From Lingula anatina (Eukaryota > Animalia > Brachiopoda), in contig CM120642.1 in NCBI GenBank assembly GCA_051362555.1, positions 27,590,001 through 27,654,000 on the forward strand: a DNA stretch of 64,000 bases. The letters run 5' to 3'. This document shows positions 51,787 through 64,000 of the stretch, in pieces. Within the stretch, counting starts at the first letter, position 1, and every line of letters begins with the position of its first letter. The notes beneath the pieces were generated by a model. That model saw only the letters and a list, made by a program, of their open reading frames with translations. It did not search any database and had not been told where the DNA came from. A program made the translations under genes and the position numbers.

Positions 51787-52923
51787 TTATACTGGTGTCC
51801 CAGTGTTATGATTATGGTTACAGGATATGTGGTGCCTACTGTCCGCTTTTGCCAACCGTCCACTGGAACAGAAAATGTCACTGATACGCTGATAAAGGCG
51901 AACATACCCATGCCTAACGTCCCTTATACGGAGACCATAAATTATAGGATCTGCCAAGGAGTTAAAGATGAAAAGAATATTTGTGACCATGGCCACGGCG
52001 TCAGACGACTCTGGTCGTTTTGTATGTGAAACGTCGAACCCGAAGTAAATAAAAGCCGTCACCACGCCCGGTACCCAACACACGAAGATTGTTACCAGTA
52101 GAATGGCGACTGTAACGTTCAGTTTTGCTTGCTCGTGGTCTTGTGGATCACTTGCTAAGTCGTGTCGATACGAAAGGCTTTCCTTTATCTTAGTGTACAG
52201 TTTGTACCATATAAACACATTCAAAACCATAAGGAGCATCATGAAAATGCCAACATGGCCTTCTAAGGCCACAAAATATTTGTCCATATGAGTAATACAG
52301 TCTGCGTTAGGGTAGATGATATAGTACACCGCATGGAGAATCACGAGGGGTACAACTGCGCTCACGTAGGTAAAGGCAATATAGCACCGAATGCGGCGTT
52401 CCGTCACAATGTTGGTGAACCGTAGAGGCCGCGTGGCAGCAACGAACTGGTTCAGCACCAGGCCCGTGGTGGCTAAAAGCGGCGGCACGAGCAGGTGAAT
52501 AGATATGTCCATGACGATCTGCTCGATGCAGCTTATGGAGCGTGTCTCCGGTGGCATGGTGGAGTGATTCACATACCCTACCCCAAGGTACAGTCGGATA
52601 GCACACACCGCACAACAAAAGAACATCAAGAGAAAGTCTGCAAAGGCAAGATTAATGATGAGTTTTTGGAAACTGTTCATCGGCCTACGCATGTGCTTGA
52701 GAGCTAAAAGAGACAACGCATTTTGAAGCAAGCCGATGGAAGTTATAAGTCCGGCAACTGCTGTGTATGTCAGAAAAACACTTCCACTGTAATAATTGAC
52801 AAATAGGGTATCGTTTCCCAAACCTTCCGTGTTTCCTATTGAGGTAGACATGTTATAGAAACCTGTTCTCTGCGATGGAACTCGTAGAGCAAGCGCAGGA
52901 AGAGCCTCTTCCGTCCCATCCAT
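51787..52923 (-). CDS. Intronless class A (rhodopsin-like) GPCR, orphan, 378 aa
   Basis: Seven hydrophobic segments: TM1 GLLQN, TM2 NLAFAD, TM3 Cys and LNQFVAATRPLRF (DRY position), TM6 FVCWVP, TM7 NSLADPIIY. N-glycosylation sites NMS and NDT in the N-terminus; in-frame upstream stop near 53056. Met25 is an alternative start. Confidence 0.93.
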   Translation of the reverse strand: MDGTEEALPALALRVPSQRTGFYNMSTSIGNTEGLGNDTLFVNYYSGSVFLTYTAVAGLITSIGLLQNALSLLALKHMRRPMNSFQKLIINLAFADFLLMFFCCAVCAIRLYLGVGYVNHSTMPPETRSISCIEQIVMDISIHLLVPPLLATTGLVLNQFVAATRPLRFTNIVTERRIRCYIAFTYVSAVVPLVILHAVYYIIYPNADCITHMDKYFVALEGHVGIFMMLLMVLNVFIWYKLYTKIKESLSYRHDLASDPQDHEQAKLNVTVAILLVTIFVCWVPGVVTAFIYFGFDVSHTKRPESSDAVAMVTNILFIFNSLADPIIYGLRIRDVRHGYVRLYQRISDIFCSSGRLAKADSRHHISCNHNHNTGTPV

Positions 52924-54084
52924 TCTTAGACGTCTGTGCTGGTAATGGGATGTCTTCTTTAACGGTTCCTGTGATGAAGTGGCAAGTGCGAATATTTTCT
53001 CTAGCGACAGCCCTTTGCGTGACGCAATTGGCGGTGTCTTTATGGCTGCGATCTTCTAGGGTATTGGCGGGTATTGCTTGCTCTAAAGAGACGAAATTAA
53101 AGTAACATAAATACAGAGATCAATGCTTGTTTCAAATAATTGGTAGTTTGTATGCTTAATATAACAATATATTTCAGGTTATTTTGGATGATAAGAACAT
53201 TAAAACCCCAATAGCAAATCGATGGGTTTCGTTGTCCATGCTGCGGTATTAATATCCAGGCACTCTTTATTACTGGAATATTGTCAGTCTTTTAACCCTC
53301 TTAACTCACTCACGTAATATCCACAGATATTTCTTTTGCTAACTGTGTGCAGATTTCCGCACTGTAAGCAAGAACATTTGCTCAGAATCGATGTCGTCAG
53401 TCAGTTGCATGGCTTCTGATAGAGACTGTCAATTTTTTTGATCTACCGAATACTTCAAAATACTACCTGAAAAGGTAAATTTTAGAAACGCCAAGACCTT
53501 GTCCAGCCGAGGTGATAAATGCACGGCCTAACAAAATGTGCCTTTTTCATTTTTTAATGACTGGAGTGCAGTTCATACTTTTCACTATACAGTATACTTA
53601 CGACCTACTAGACTAGACTAAACCTACTTTTGATTAGATTGGCGTAAACCTCAATTAGAAACCTTCCCGGAAAACTCGCCTATTATTTGGAAGTTTTCAC
53701 CTAAGTTACTCCCTTTTCATGCCATCAGGTCGTCAATGCTGCCTGCCTTACAAGAACTTGTGAGTCATCCACTGATCCTTGTCACTCTTAAAACTAGTAT
53801 CCTGTTTATTTTTTAGATAAATTACTGTGACTTTTCTTTCATAGTTAGTGTAACTCCCACAGACCTGAGATACAAAATGTATTTATTATTTCGGTACTAG
53901 AATCACAAATGAATTTTAAATCGCTTTGGCTGAAACACCCTTGCAAGCGGGTGTGTGTGTACACCTCTGGTCTTGAGCTCGGAAGTCGACTGTACACGTC
54001 TCTGCCGTTCAACTCACTTAATGACCAGCCAATACCACGTACTGGGCGCCAGTTTTTTTAGCACAATGTTACCAGGCCCCGGTT

Positions 54085-54086
<2 letters not shown>

Positions 54087-54120
<34 letters not shown>

Positions 54121-54180
54121 ACACACACACACACAAAAAAAAAAAAACAAAAAAAAAAAAAAAAAAAAGAAAAAGAAAAA
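54087..54180. repeat. (CA)n microsatellite followed by an A-rich tract
   Basis: Directly visible. Confidence 0.9.
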
Positions 54181-55719
54181 GGAGTCCAGTTCCCTGGCTA
54201 GGAACTTTAAATTAAAATTACCAACGTCACATGGTCACATGCGATCATCTTACCCTATCATTATCAAGAAGAGTGTTACAACACCACTTATGGAAATCCA
54301 AGTCAATTGCAACATAGCCAGGGAAGTGACTTAAGTTTTTTTTGTAAAACTGGGGCCAGGAAAGTGGATGTAGCCAGCAGTGCCAAACCCAACAACCAAC
54401 AAAACAACCAACCAAATAATCAAATAAACAAACTAACGAAAGAAACAAACTTATAGATAAATAAATACATTTTCGTGACATGCCATTTCCTACATATTCC
54501 ATCTAGTTACCTCAAAAGTGCTTGTAGCATCAAACCCTTCTTCTGCGGGCAACTACATAGTTCAACTTGGACAAACAGCGCATCGGTCTGATCGTTTTTA
54601 TTTTACTTCAAAAAGTCTATCATTATCAAGGGATTATTTAATAAAGCTCCTTTCTAGTTTTTGTTTCTAGCAAAATCTAGCAGTAAAATTGATGTTTTAT
54701 GCTGCTGAATTAAATGACGATGTGACATAAAAATTTAATTATCTGTTTCAATATCCCGTTCCATCAACCCTATTTGCATGCCAGGTTTTATTAGCTCCTC
54801 ACCACAGGCTGTTATTTTTACAGAGGTAATTTCCAGTTACTGTCATAAATTTTACGTAATTGTAACGGGATACCTTTTTGATTTCATGACATTAAGTAAT
54901 GAAAATTAGATTAAGGAACGGGATGTGAAATTACCGTATGAAAAAGACATATCCTTGAATGGCAAACCTATGTCTGATTCACGTGCTGTGCTTTCTAAAT
55001 ATAAGAGTTAAATTTCCATTGCAGAAGACAGTATTTATTGGTCTAAAGAAACATTGAGTTTACAAATGGCTTTTTCACAGACTCATTTTCGAGAAACGTT
55101 GTTGAAAATAAAATTTGACGTGCAGTTCCATTGCCCACTAATTCAAAAATCTAAACTGAGTCTAATTCAATTCCTTAAATGTCAATCTCCTCCGGAGAAA
55201 GATTCCTTTCACCTGAGTATGATAGAAAATTACACTTTAGACTTAAAGTGAAATGTATCCTTGCAAAAGTATACAGTACAGATCTCATCAGAGCCCAGAG
55301 CGGTAACTCCATAAGCCTTTTTCGCTGTATGTGTCTTCCTAACAGCAGAATCACGTTTGTCTTTTATCTAATCAGTAACAAATTGGCATTTGGAAATTTA
55401 TCATTGTAACTGATTAAGTAGTACACGTAGTAAACGATACCTGTCAGACCTACGTCAGTTAAAGGATTTCAGTCGAGAACAAGTTGCACAAATGAATTTA
55501 AGGTTTAATCATATATCAAATATTTGCAATAAGTGAATAGGACATTCTTAATTTGTAGGCAAATTTCAAAAGTAAGGCATTCTTACAAAATTTATGTGCA
55601 GAGACCTAAACTCAATGTAATGAAATACATTATCTTAAGAGATTATTTTTTTCATCCAAAAGAGAACGACATCTAAAGACAATATTATACGTAATGCATC
55701 CAGATGAACTTATTTTCTA

Positions 55720-55985
55720 ACATAAAGAAATACAGTTTCTCCGTGAGAGTAGCAAACATGTGGCCACAGAATAGCCTACCGGAACAAGTGGTGAATGCCG
55801 AGTCAATAAACTCTTTCAATAATAGATTAGATAATAATTGGAATGTGGAAAAGGTACTCTATAATTATAAAGCAGAGTTTAGGACTCAGATTGCTTTAAG
55901 TCACAAACACCTTATGTGACTAAGTTTAGAGTGTGACGAAGAGGACCTGCCGGGGCCTGTGCCAGAAAATAACCGTAATTAAACA
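55720..55985 (+). mobile_element. 5'-truncated CR1/L2-like LINE 3' end
   Basis: Translation FSVRVANMWPQNSLPEQVVNAESINSFNNRLDNNW resembles the conserved CR1 ORF2 C-terminus (FSxRVVNxWNxLPxxVVxAxSxNxFKxRLD); a short 3' UTR follows. Confidence 0.8.
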
Positions 55986-57613
55986 TAAATAAGTCAGGAA
56001 GGTGAATAATTGGACGGCAAGCACACTGAGGTGGGGAAAAAAAGATAAAGGTGACTTTTAATTATCGATTTATCAATATTCTGTATAACATAACGGGCAA
56101 TAATTTTTTTTCTACAGCTTATCTGTTTAGAAATGTAATATAATGTAGGCCTATTTCTTAATTCTAGCACATGTAAACGGTATTAACATTAATCAAACAT
56201 ACAAATGCGCGGAGCACTTGTTCATTATCCACAACAATTGCGTCAGTTTCCATTTCCGTTTCTGTCCATCTCATTGTTAGCAGCTGCAACTTCTGCGGCA
56301 GTATGACATTGTAAACAACCAATTTATGTACACGGAACCAAATGTTGTTTTGCAGTTGGCTGTCGTGATATGTTATGAAAAAAAATCCCCTCACCGATAC
56401 ACTGAATAGACTTATCTTTTACTTATCTAATTTTGGAATTGGTTAAAAAATGCCTAAGTGAGGGCCAAAGACAATACATTTTGTCTATGGAAACCATCGT
56501 GTCGGGCTCGTATTTTTTTTTTTGTGTGTACGGTTTAGAATTTAGGAATTTCAATCAAAATCATGTTAACCAGGACAGATGGCATTTTGAAATAATGGAG
56601 GGACATGATACAAGACTTTAAGACGTAGGGTCATTAATGCCATTTATTTGCATTGGAGCCGGTGTGTACGATTTTTCTACGGTAGCCGTTGCCGATATAC
56701 GTGTCACCCTACCCACCCACTTTCCTAATCGAGCAGTTAATAAACATAGTGATAAGTTTTGTTATATTTGACTCGTAATTCTTCTTGAAAAAAAATGTAT
56801 ACCGCAGAAATGGGGAAAGAGAGCGAATAATGTTGTGCTCTCTCTCTATCTCATCTGTTCCGATTATAATGATTTTACATCAAGTGGATTTTATGACCTA
56901 CCATGCACATTGACGTTATGCCACGTGCTACATAAAAATGTGGAGTTGAAAAAGATCCCCACGTCAATGGTAAGGTTACAAATAATTGTATCCTATTAAT
57001 TGCAAACCTTGGCAATGTAAGCGGCAGTCAATCTAACCTGAAATCACTCTTTTCAACGCCTGGCTGCGCAAACAGCTTTCTTGATGATATGTTTTCTGCA
57101 CATCGTTGGTGTGGGATTGATTTTCAGAGGAAAAAACAAAATAATTTTACCTCTGAGATTGAGACGCAGGTGATTGAATATATCAATTCCGCTTACATGT
57201 AATTGTTTACCCTACGTGACAAATGCCTTAATTAGTCATTGTGCGTCCAAACGTGCTCTTCAATTTATGACCCATTTTAACCATAGCGAATACGTTAATG
57301 ACAATGATAGCGATAATAAATAAAACAGTATATGGCTAATATCCCCCCTCTCTTTCTCTCTCTCTGTATATATTAAGGGGGGTGGAGGGTCAAGTTGGGA
57401 GAGGTATATGTAATACTGACTGACTGTGACTTAAGGCGACCTTTTCGCGGTACCCTAAACCCATTTATTAATGTATACTTTTGGAAAAAAAAACTCAATT
57501 TTCCTCATGTTGCTAATCTTTTATGTTTAATGTTCAGTTTGACTAGAAGTGATGAGTAAATTTTAAGAAAATGGACCCGTGATAAGATTCCTTGAATGCA
57601 AACAGTCATCATT

Positions 57614-57657
<44 letters not shown>

Positions 57658-60600
57658 ATTCATAGAAAAATATGTCGACAACTTGGCCTTTTTATACCAA
57701 CAACAATAACAAGTTAATTTTGCACCTTGAAAATAACCACCAAGATCTGAAGAAAAATCGGTGTTGTATAGTCAAACCATGGTATCCTATACAAGGGATC
57801 CGAACAGATGTGCTCTTGGCCCTCCACGGCGTGGGACCTGGGTCCTGTTTCGTGTCCCAAAGAGCTTTAAAGCCCTAACACTGGACTAAACCTACGGACC
57901 AAATTATGTCCATTTTTATACAAGATAAATCAGTACTAGGTCAATAAAATAAAATACTGTGTCTGTCATATAACAAGCAAGACATGGCGTGTGCTTCAGA
58001 TCAATACTTATCAAGTGAACTACCACTGCTCTATCTTGCACTCAAGTAGACCACATTTCGGGCCTAAACGTTAAGAGCAATTTTCGGTCTAAAATTTAAG
58101 ACCAATTTTGGGGCTAAAGCCGTTTTGTGGCGCCGGTCCTTGAGCTGTCAGTTTATTGTGGAAGCCAGATTTCACTAACATATACACATGCTGATTTTGC
58201 TTTCGTCTTGCTCTCCCTGGGAAAAAATGTCAAGGCACAGGACCATTTACTTCGGCTGAGCAACCAACTTCACTCTATTGCTCTTGATGCCTGTATGGTG
58301 ATAATAATAAGATATCTTATAACATTTCAGATGACGTGACCAAGAAAGAAACAAACACCAAACAAGGAAGAACTTTGCTACTCACTTTCTCATGCATATT
58401 GTGAAATCTGTATGTATCATTCCATTAATAGAACTTCTTGTTGGGTATCGGATTTCGGAACGCTTTGTATGGCTCACTTGAAGCAATATCTGTTTGTTAC
58501 CAAGTTATAGGCATTCATCACTGCAAGCACCAGACTTCCTTTTCACCCGTTACGAGCTGCGTGGTATTTTATCGCACAGGAACGTGACACTCAAGGACTA
58601 ATTGGAAACAAACAGAAATCGGCAACATTTGCATTGGTAACTCAGACAATCTGATTTCTTATGATAGGTTCGTTAAGATCTATTTCCTTATCCGCTTAGA
58701 TATTGCAGAAATGAACCTTGGTATTTTATGAGACAATGCTGTCACATCAGAGATACATCGGGATGAATTTGTTTAAGCTGATGACGTAACATTAGCGTTT
58801 TTGTGTCTAAATGTCTTTTCGAGTTCTAGCAGATTTCAGTCGCCTGAACAGCTATCAACGCAGTCTTAACGCCTATTTGTCTAAAATGACGGAGTTACAC
58901 CGCAAGTCAACCACTATCTTACATCAATAAACAAAGCAGCTAAACAGACGAAAACCGGAGGCAGAGCTCAAAAGCAGTAGTACGTGGGGTGTAGAATAAA
59001 GCAGTGCAAAAGGGATCTTTTTGCTCTTATAGGGTTTAATTTCATTGCACTTATATCTAGATATATATATTTTATATAATATAAATGAAAAAAAAATAAC
59101 TATTTTGACGAATTTTGACCATATAAAGGTACCTGCCCCCCTTAACACACAAAAGTTCCAATCACCATAACATGTCTCTTTAGGGCAACCGTGCTTAATT
59201 GTCTGCTCGTATATGGCCGTCTATTGCCGGTTTCACATAATTTGGGTCTTAACTCGCTCTATTCTTGGTGATGCTAAGCTTGAAAATTTATTTGCGGATT
59301 AGGGAGCAGGTGAGGGAGCCTTTTGTATAACAGGTCCCAAGGTGAAAATGTACAGATTTCGACTCCCTCTGTGAATCATGATGGAGATTTTCTGAATGCT
59401 GCTAATTCGTTGCACACCCAAACAACAATCGGGAGCTTTTGTGTAAAGAGATTTTACTTAATGAATACGGACAGGGGTTATTTGTCGTTTCCGAAGATGA
59501 AATTCTCCAACTGCACGTCATCCTACGTAAGATCAATGATACAAGTTACCGTTTATTAATAAATACCGCCTGCCTGGGTTTCTTTGTTAATCACAGGTCC
59601 CAATTCAGCTTCCAGTAGGGAATCATACTGTGCCAGTTGAAATACAGTATAAAAGCATTTACCTATCGCGAACTGCCAGAACTAAAAGGTATTTAATGAT
59701 CAGTGTTTTTTTTTTTCGGCCGTAACGCATCCGGTTCAGGTGTAATTTTGCTCATACCGTAAAACATAATATTACCTTTATAATATAACTAAATATAAGT
59801 CGTTTTTCCAAAATCTTCACTTCCCCGTTACCCACTTCCTTTTCAAATGACAAAGAGTCTACCACCTGTGCATATTTCTCTGCTAATTTTCAACAAAAAT
59901 TCTTCATCGCCTAACCAACCTCTGGTGCAGAGTATCATAAACCTATCTTTCGACTCCAGTATTAATGTAGCTATAGATAGCTTACCTCTGAGGCTAGCGA
60001 CCGGCGACCGGTATCTGCAAATATCCGTCGAGGGATAAACCACGTCTCTATACAAACGGCAATGAAACTACCCCCATGCGTTCTGAAATGGAACCATTTG
60101 CTCAACCATCCACGAGAAATTTGGTTTTAAAGCAAATATATGTTTGTGCGATTAACGGCCAGAATACTGAAACAAACCCCTTGTGCTCTGTTCCCTTATT
60201 CCCAGATGAACACTGAGAACATATAGCGATTCTGAGGAGAGCCCCTGTTAACAGCCGCCTATAACGATACCGCCCATTACACGTCAACCAATGAAAATTT
60301 GATGGTTATCTGTCGCGAGCAAACTGCTGGCGAATGTATAGCTCTCATTTGCTCCCCTTGCTAGCTTCAATGCATAGGCTGCAGTTGGCATCAACCAAGG
60401 AAATATCTAATTCTTTGCATCAACTGAGGCAAGACCTGGCGCTCAAATTGAGACATTTCACATTTCCTATGATGTGCAAAACCAGCTTATGTTTCTTTGT
60501 TGTATCAGAGAAGGATATTAATACTTGCTTTATGCATATGCAGATCATGGTTTCTTTATCGTTACAGGGATACTGGACATGTATGCATGTATGTGGTGTC

Positions 60601-60849
60601 ATTATCGCGCTGATACTACGTTCATTAAGGCTGTCTTAAACTTCAAGCCATATGGATATCAGGTCTAATTGCGGTTGGACTGAGGTGTTTTCAGTAATTC
60701 AAATCAGTCTCAAAACTCGCTTTGTGAATCTGAAAATATTCAATAGTTTGGATGTTAGCAGAGATTTCAGCACATAGATGATGACTGAAACGATTGTTTT
60801 GTAGCCTTTAAGGTGGAGTTAAAAGGTAGATTTACGCTGAAGTAGAGAA

Positions 60850-60887
<38 letters not shown>

Positions 60888-61825
60888 GCCGAACAGTACA
60901 TGTACATACACGTGCACAGTCTATACATAGTCAAAGAGATATGTGAATATATGTATTTAGTAAACGTATCTCCCTGGTAGATTGAACGGTGATGCGTCAC
61001 TCTATTATATTCCCTGCTGATCAAATGCGTCAGTTTCTTAAGGGCTTGACTGTAAGCAGGTTAACTTTGTCAAATAAAACATTGTTTTAGGTTGTTGTTA
61101 AACATATATACATTTCACAGATTCAATCACAATTCAGACAGATTTTGATGCCATCTAGGGTCAACCCCAATTTGTTAAAAGGTTAAAAGGTAACCATATA
61201 AAGAATTAAAATTATTAGAATTAATGCGCCGGTATACGTGCGTTGGCTTACCCTAGTGGTTGCCAACGTGTCAATGATAATGACTCTACCAGCACGTAAT
61301 TGTGAACAAAAGTAGTCTAGGTCTGCAGAGACAGCGGCTTTATTATACTGTAATTCTGCCTGTTAAAATCTGACTCGAATTCGGCTGATTTGGCTTTCTT
61401 TTATCTACCCGACTGCGAAAAAAATCAAGCTTAGCAAATTGCCCTGTTGTCCAAATTGTGTAAGGGAGTGCAATCCCGAGGTTTATAATAATAATAATAA
61501 TAATAATAATATTAATAATAATAATAATAATAAACTAGGTCATAGTAAGATACCTTATTTGTTATTGAAGAAGAGCAAATATTTTGACAAAAATTGTTTG
61601 ATGTTGATTAGATAAGATTGTAAGCTACAGACTTGACATTTAATATGGAATATTTTTTTTCCAAATCACTTTTCATCAAATTTTACCTATTTAGCTGACT
61701 AATAAATGAAAATAGGGATTAAAATCGTGTTTTAATAACTTTAATTGATCTCTTTATGTCATTGTGGCATCAGTTCATTAATTGAATTCGACAGTGAAGC
61801 AAACAAAAAAACATTGCCTATTCTA

Positions 61826-63484
61826 CAGGGTTGCTACTTAATATGGAATATTTTTTATCATTGTTATTTTTGAGTGCTGATTAATTTTTTTTTGGCTTGA
61901 GTCATTAAAAAAGTATGTCACTGAGTGATAATAACATCCAGTCTTCTGTTGTGAGATATTTTGGTCAATAATATCAAGTCCGACATGAGATGCCATTCAA
62001 AAGAAAGGAACACCCCCAGAAAACCATATCAACAGTTTGATGTCAGTATAAACTTTAAGATAAGATATTGAAGAAAATGATAGCCTCCGGACAGTGATAT
62101 GTTACACAGTCAAAGAACTCACTACAGTAAATCATGAAAAGTCAGTAATTGCGGGTATGACCTCCAGCAGCCGCTTGCAGTGCCCTCATCCCACATGGCA
62201 TACCCTGTGACACGTTTTTTAGAGTTTGGGTGGGGATATCATTCCGCCAGTGATATTTGCCTGTCGCAGTTCATCACTATTTACCGGCCGAGGACCATAG
62301 CTATTAATTCTGTGAGTTACTTCCGCCCACAGATTTTCGATTGGGTTCATATCTGGAGAGTTTGCCGGCCAGGGCAGTTGCTGAACCCATTGGTTTTGAT
62401 AAAAAACAGTGATTCTGCGGCCTCGATGGTGGGTTGTGCAGTCGTCTTGGTGCACAAAGTTGTTCCTGAAGATGACTCTTACCAATCGAAGCATTGTTTG
62501 CTGTAGAATGTCTCTGTAGGAATCCTGGATGAGGTTGCCTCCTAGAAAAACCAACTGGTTCTGGGCACCGACATGAATTGCTCCCCAAACAGAGACGTTA
62601 CCATCCCCTGCTTGCACCCTAGGCAGTACACAATCATCGTTTTATGCCCCTCGTACACGTCGGTGGACACGGATTCGACGATCAACCCTAAAAAATCCAT
62701 ATCTGGCCTCATCACTGAAAACGACGTGATTCCAGTGTTTTGGCTGCAAACGCACGTGGTCCCCAGCCCATTGCATACGTCGCTGTATATGACCTGCTGC
62801 TTACAGTGGTTTCCCTACTGGCCTTCGTGCAAAATAACCGGCTTGCAGTAATCTCTTGTTCACAAGGGAACTTGAAACGGGCGTTTGAATGACATTTTGC
62901 CTCTCTTTTCTGAGGACACTGGTTGTCTTTGTACGACCAGCACGGCGTCCTCTAAGGAGAAGGCGATCCTGTCTTCTTGGTGTGATACGCGGACACCCTG
63001 GTAGAGGTATTGGAGTAGGTGCCCCTGTTGCAGCATTTCTTTGGAGGACTTCACAAACGGTTTCTGATAAATGTTGAATTACCTGGCAATTGCTGTCCGT
63101 TTCTGGCCATTTTCTCTGACAGCAAGAATCCCATAGTAAGCTGTGTTGCTTAGCTGTCGAACCATATCTTCACTAAGGTACCTGTCAAGTTTCAGAGCGA
63201 TCCCTTTGTTGCTTCTCTAAACACACTCCAAAGATTGACCAAACCCATGCGTTTTTATACAAGGGCAGAAATTGCCGAAAAGACCACCCCTCACATTTCT
63301 GACCACAGAACATGCAACTGCATGCATCAATTGTTTCGAGAGTTGTGTGGTAATTAGATAACACACCTGGCTACACATGGAGTGACACCTCAGCTTTGGA
63401 TTTAAAGTAGTTAGAGAGAAATTAAATATTTTGTAGAAAATTTACTCGCCAAAAAATAATATTCCATATTAAGTGGTAACCCTG
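61826..63484 (-). mobile_element. Nested full-length Tc1 (DD34E) element, family B, 1659 bp
   Basis: TIRs CAGGGTTGCTACTTAATATGGAATATT / AATATTCCATATTAAGTGGTAACCCTG (2 mismatches). TA duplicated at 61824-61825 and 63485-63486. Confidence 0.93.
62144..63165 (-). pseudogene. Frameshifted Tc1 transposase of family B
   Basis: ATG at 63165 (MVRQLSN...), GCPRITPRRQDR (GRPR box), VVFSDEARY, VSVWGAI, QDDCTTHHRGR...WPANSPDMNPIENLW with 34 residues between the second D and E, C-terminal AAGGHTRNY. The ORF is broken into several frames. Confidence 0.9.
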
Positions 63485-64000
63485 TATGTCATACAGCAAC
63501 CATTAAAATTGGTATTTTGGATCTCCATATTTTACAAATGATCGTCTGTAAAAGAGTAACACGCCCCACAAAGGACCCTCATGTCAGTGTCTAGTCACAG
63601 CAACGGTCGCTGTTACGCCTGACTTCTTCTGGCTGCTACCAGGTCTCTCAAGCGGCAAGGCATTTCTTGGGATAGGTTTTTAGAGTTCAATCTGGAATAA
63701 TATTCCAGGCATTGACCAAAACTTGTCCAATTTGGTTCAGTTTTGTTGCACGACATGTAAGCTGTTGATTCGGCTAGTAATGGCCTACCAACATATTGTC
63801 TATGTGGTTCAAATTTGGCGATTTTGATAACCAAGGAAGTTGCTCAGTCCCTTGGTTCTGAAAGTTATCTGCTATTAAGAGTGTTCTGTGTGATCCGGCA
63901 CTCTCACCGTGCTACCTGAAATTGTTCCTAAGGTGCCCCCTATCAAATGATAGTCAAGTGGTTCCCAGATTATTCCTTTATTTGATCTGGTTCAGGTTTT

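Larger units (their letters stand above)
61628..64000 (-). mobile_element. Second copy of Tc1 family A (host element), interrupted by family B and running off the window end
   Basis: TA then CAGACTTGACATTTAATATGGAATATTT at 61628. Segments 61628-61825 and 63485-64000 align in reverse complement to 5642 back to ~4930 of the first copy, including the paralogous ORF MVIKIAKFEPHRQYVGRPLLAES. Confidence 0.92.

Noticed and set aside
57760-57900. Possible tRNA-derived SINE on the minus strand
   Set aside because: A and B boxes are too degenerate, and there is no second copy in the window.

Overview
AT-rich, intron-containing animal genomic DNA, probably from an invertebrate such as a mollusc; this is inferred from gene and repeat style and cannot be fixed from the sequence alone. 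Six protein-coding genes are supported: an intronless 450-aa uncharacterised coiled-coil/disordered protein (-), a 7-exon four-transmembrane LAPTM4-like protein with PY motifs (-), nocturnin (-), a 5-exon 99-aa secreted six-cysteine protein absent from the ORF track (+), a 6-exon PDGF/VEGF-family growth factor (+) and an intronless class A GPCR whose DRY motif reads NQF (-). There are two intact intron-containing tRNA-Tyr(GTA) genes and one decayed copy. Repeats are mostly DNA transposons: a full-length degenerate Tc1 element, a second copy of it with a different Tc1 family nested inside, a DUF4817-type Tc1/mariner remnant, a MITE with a 9-bp TSD, several other MITEs and Helentron-like elements, a CR1-like LINE 3' end, and microsatellites. 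All exon models were assembled by hand from GT-AG sites and frame continuity; no database search was run. No prokaryote-type system (CRISPR, operon) is present.
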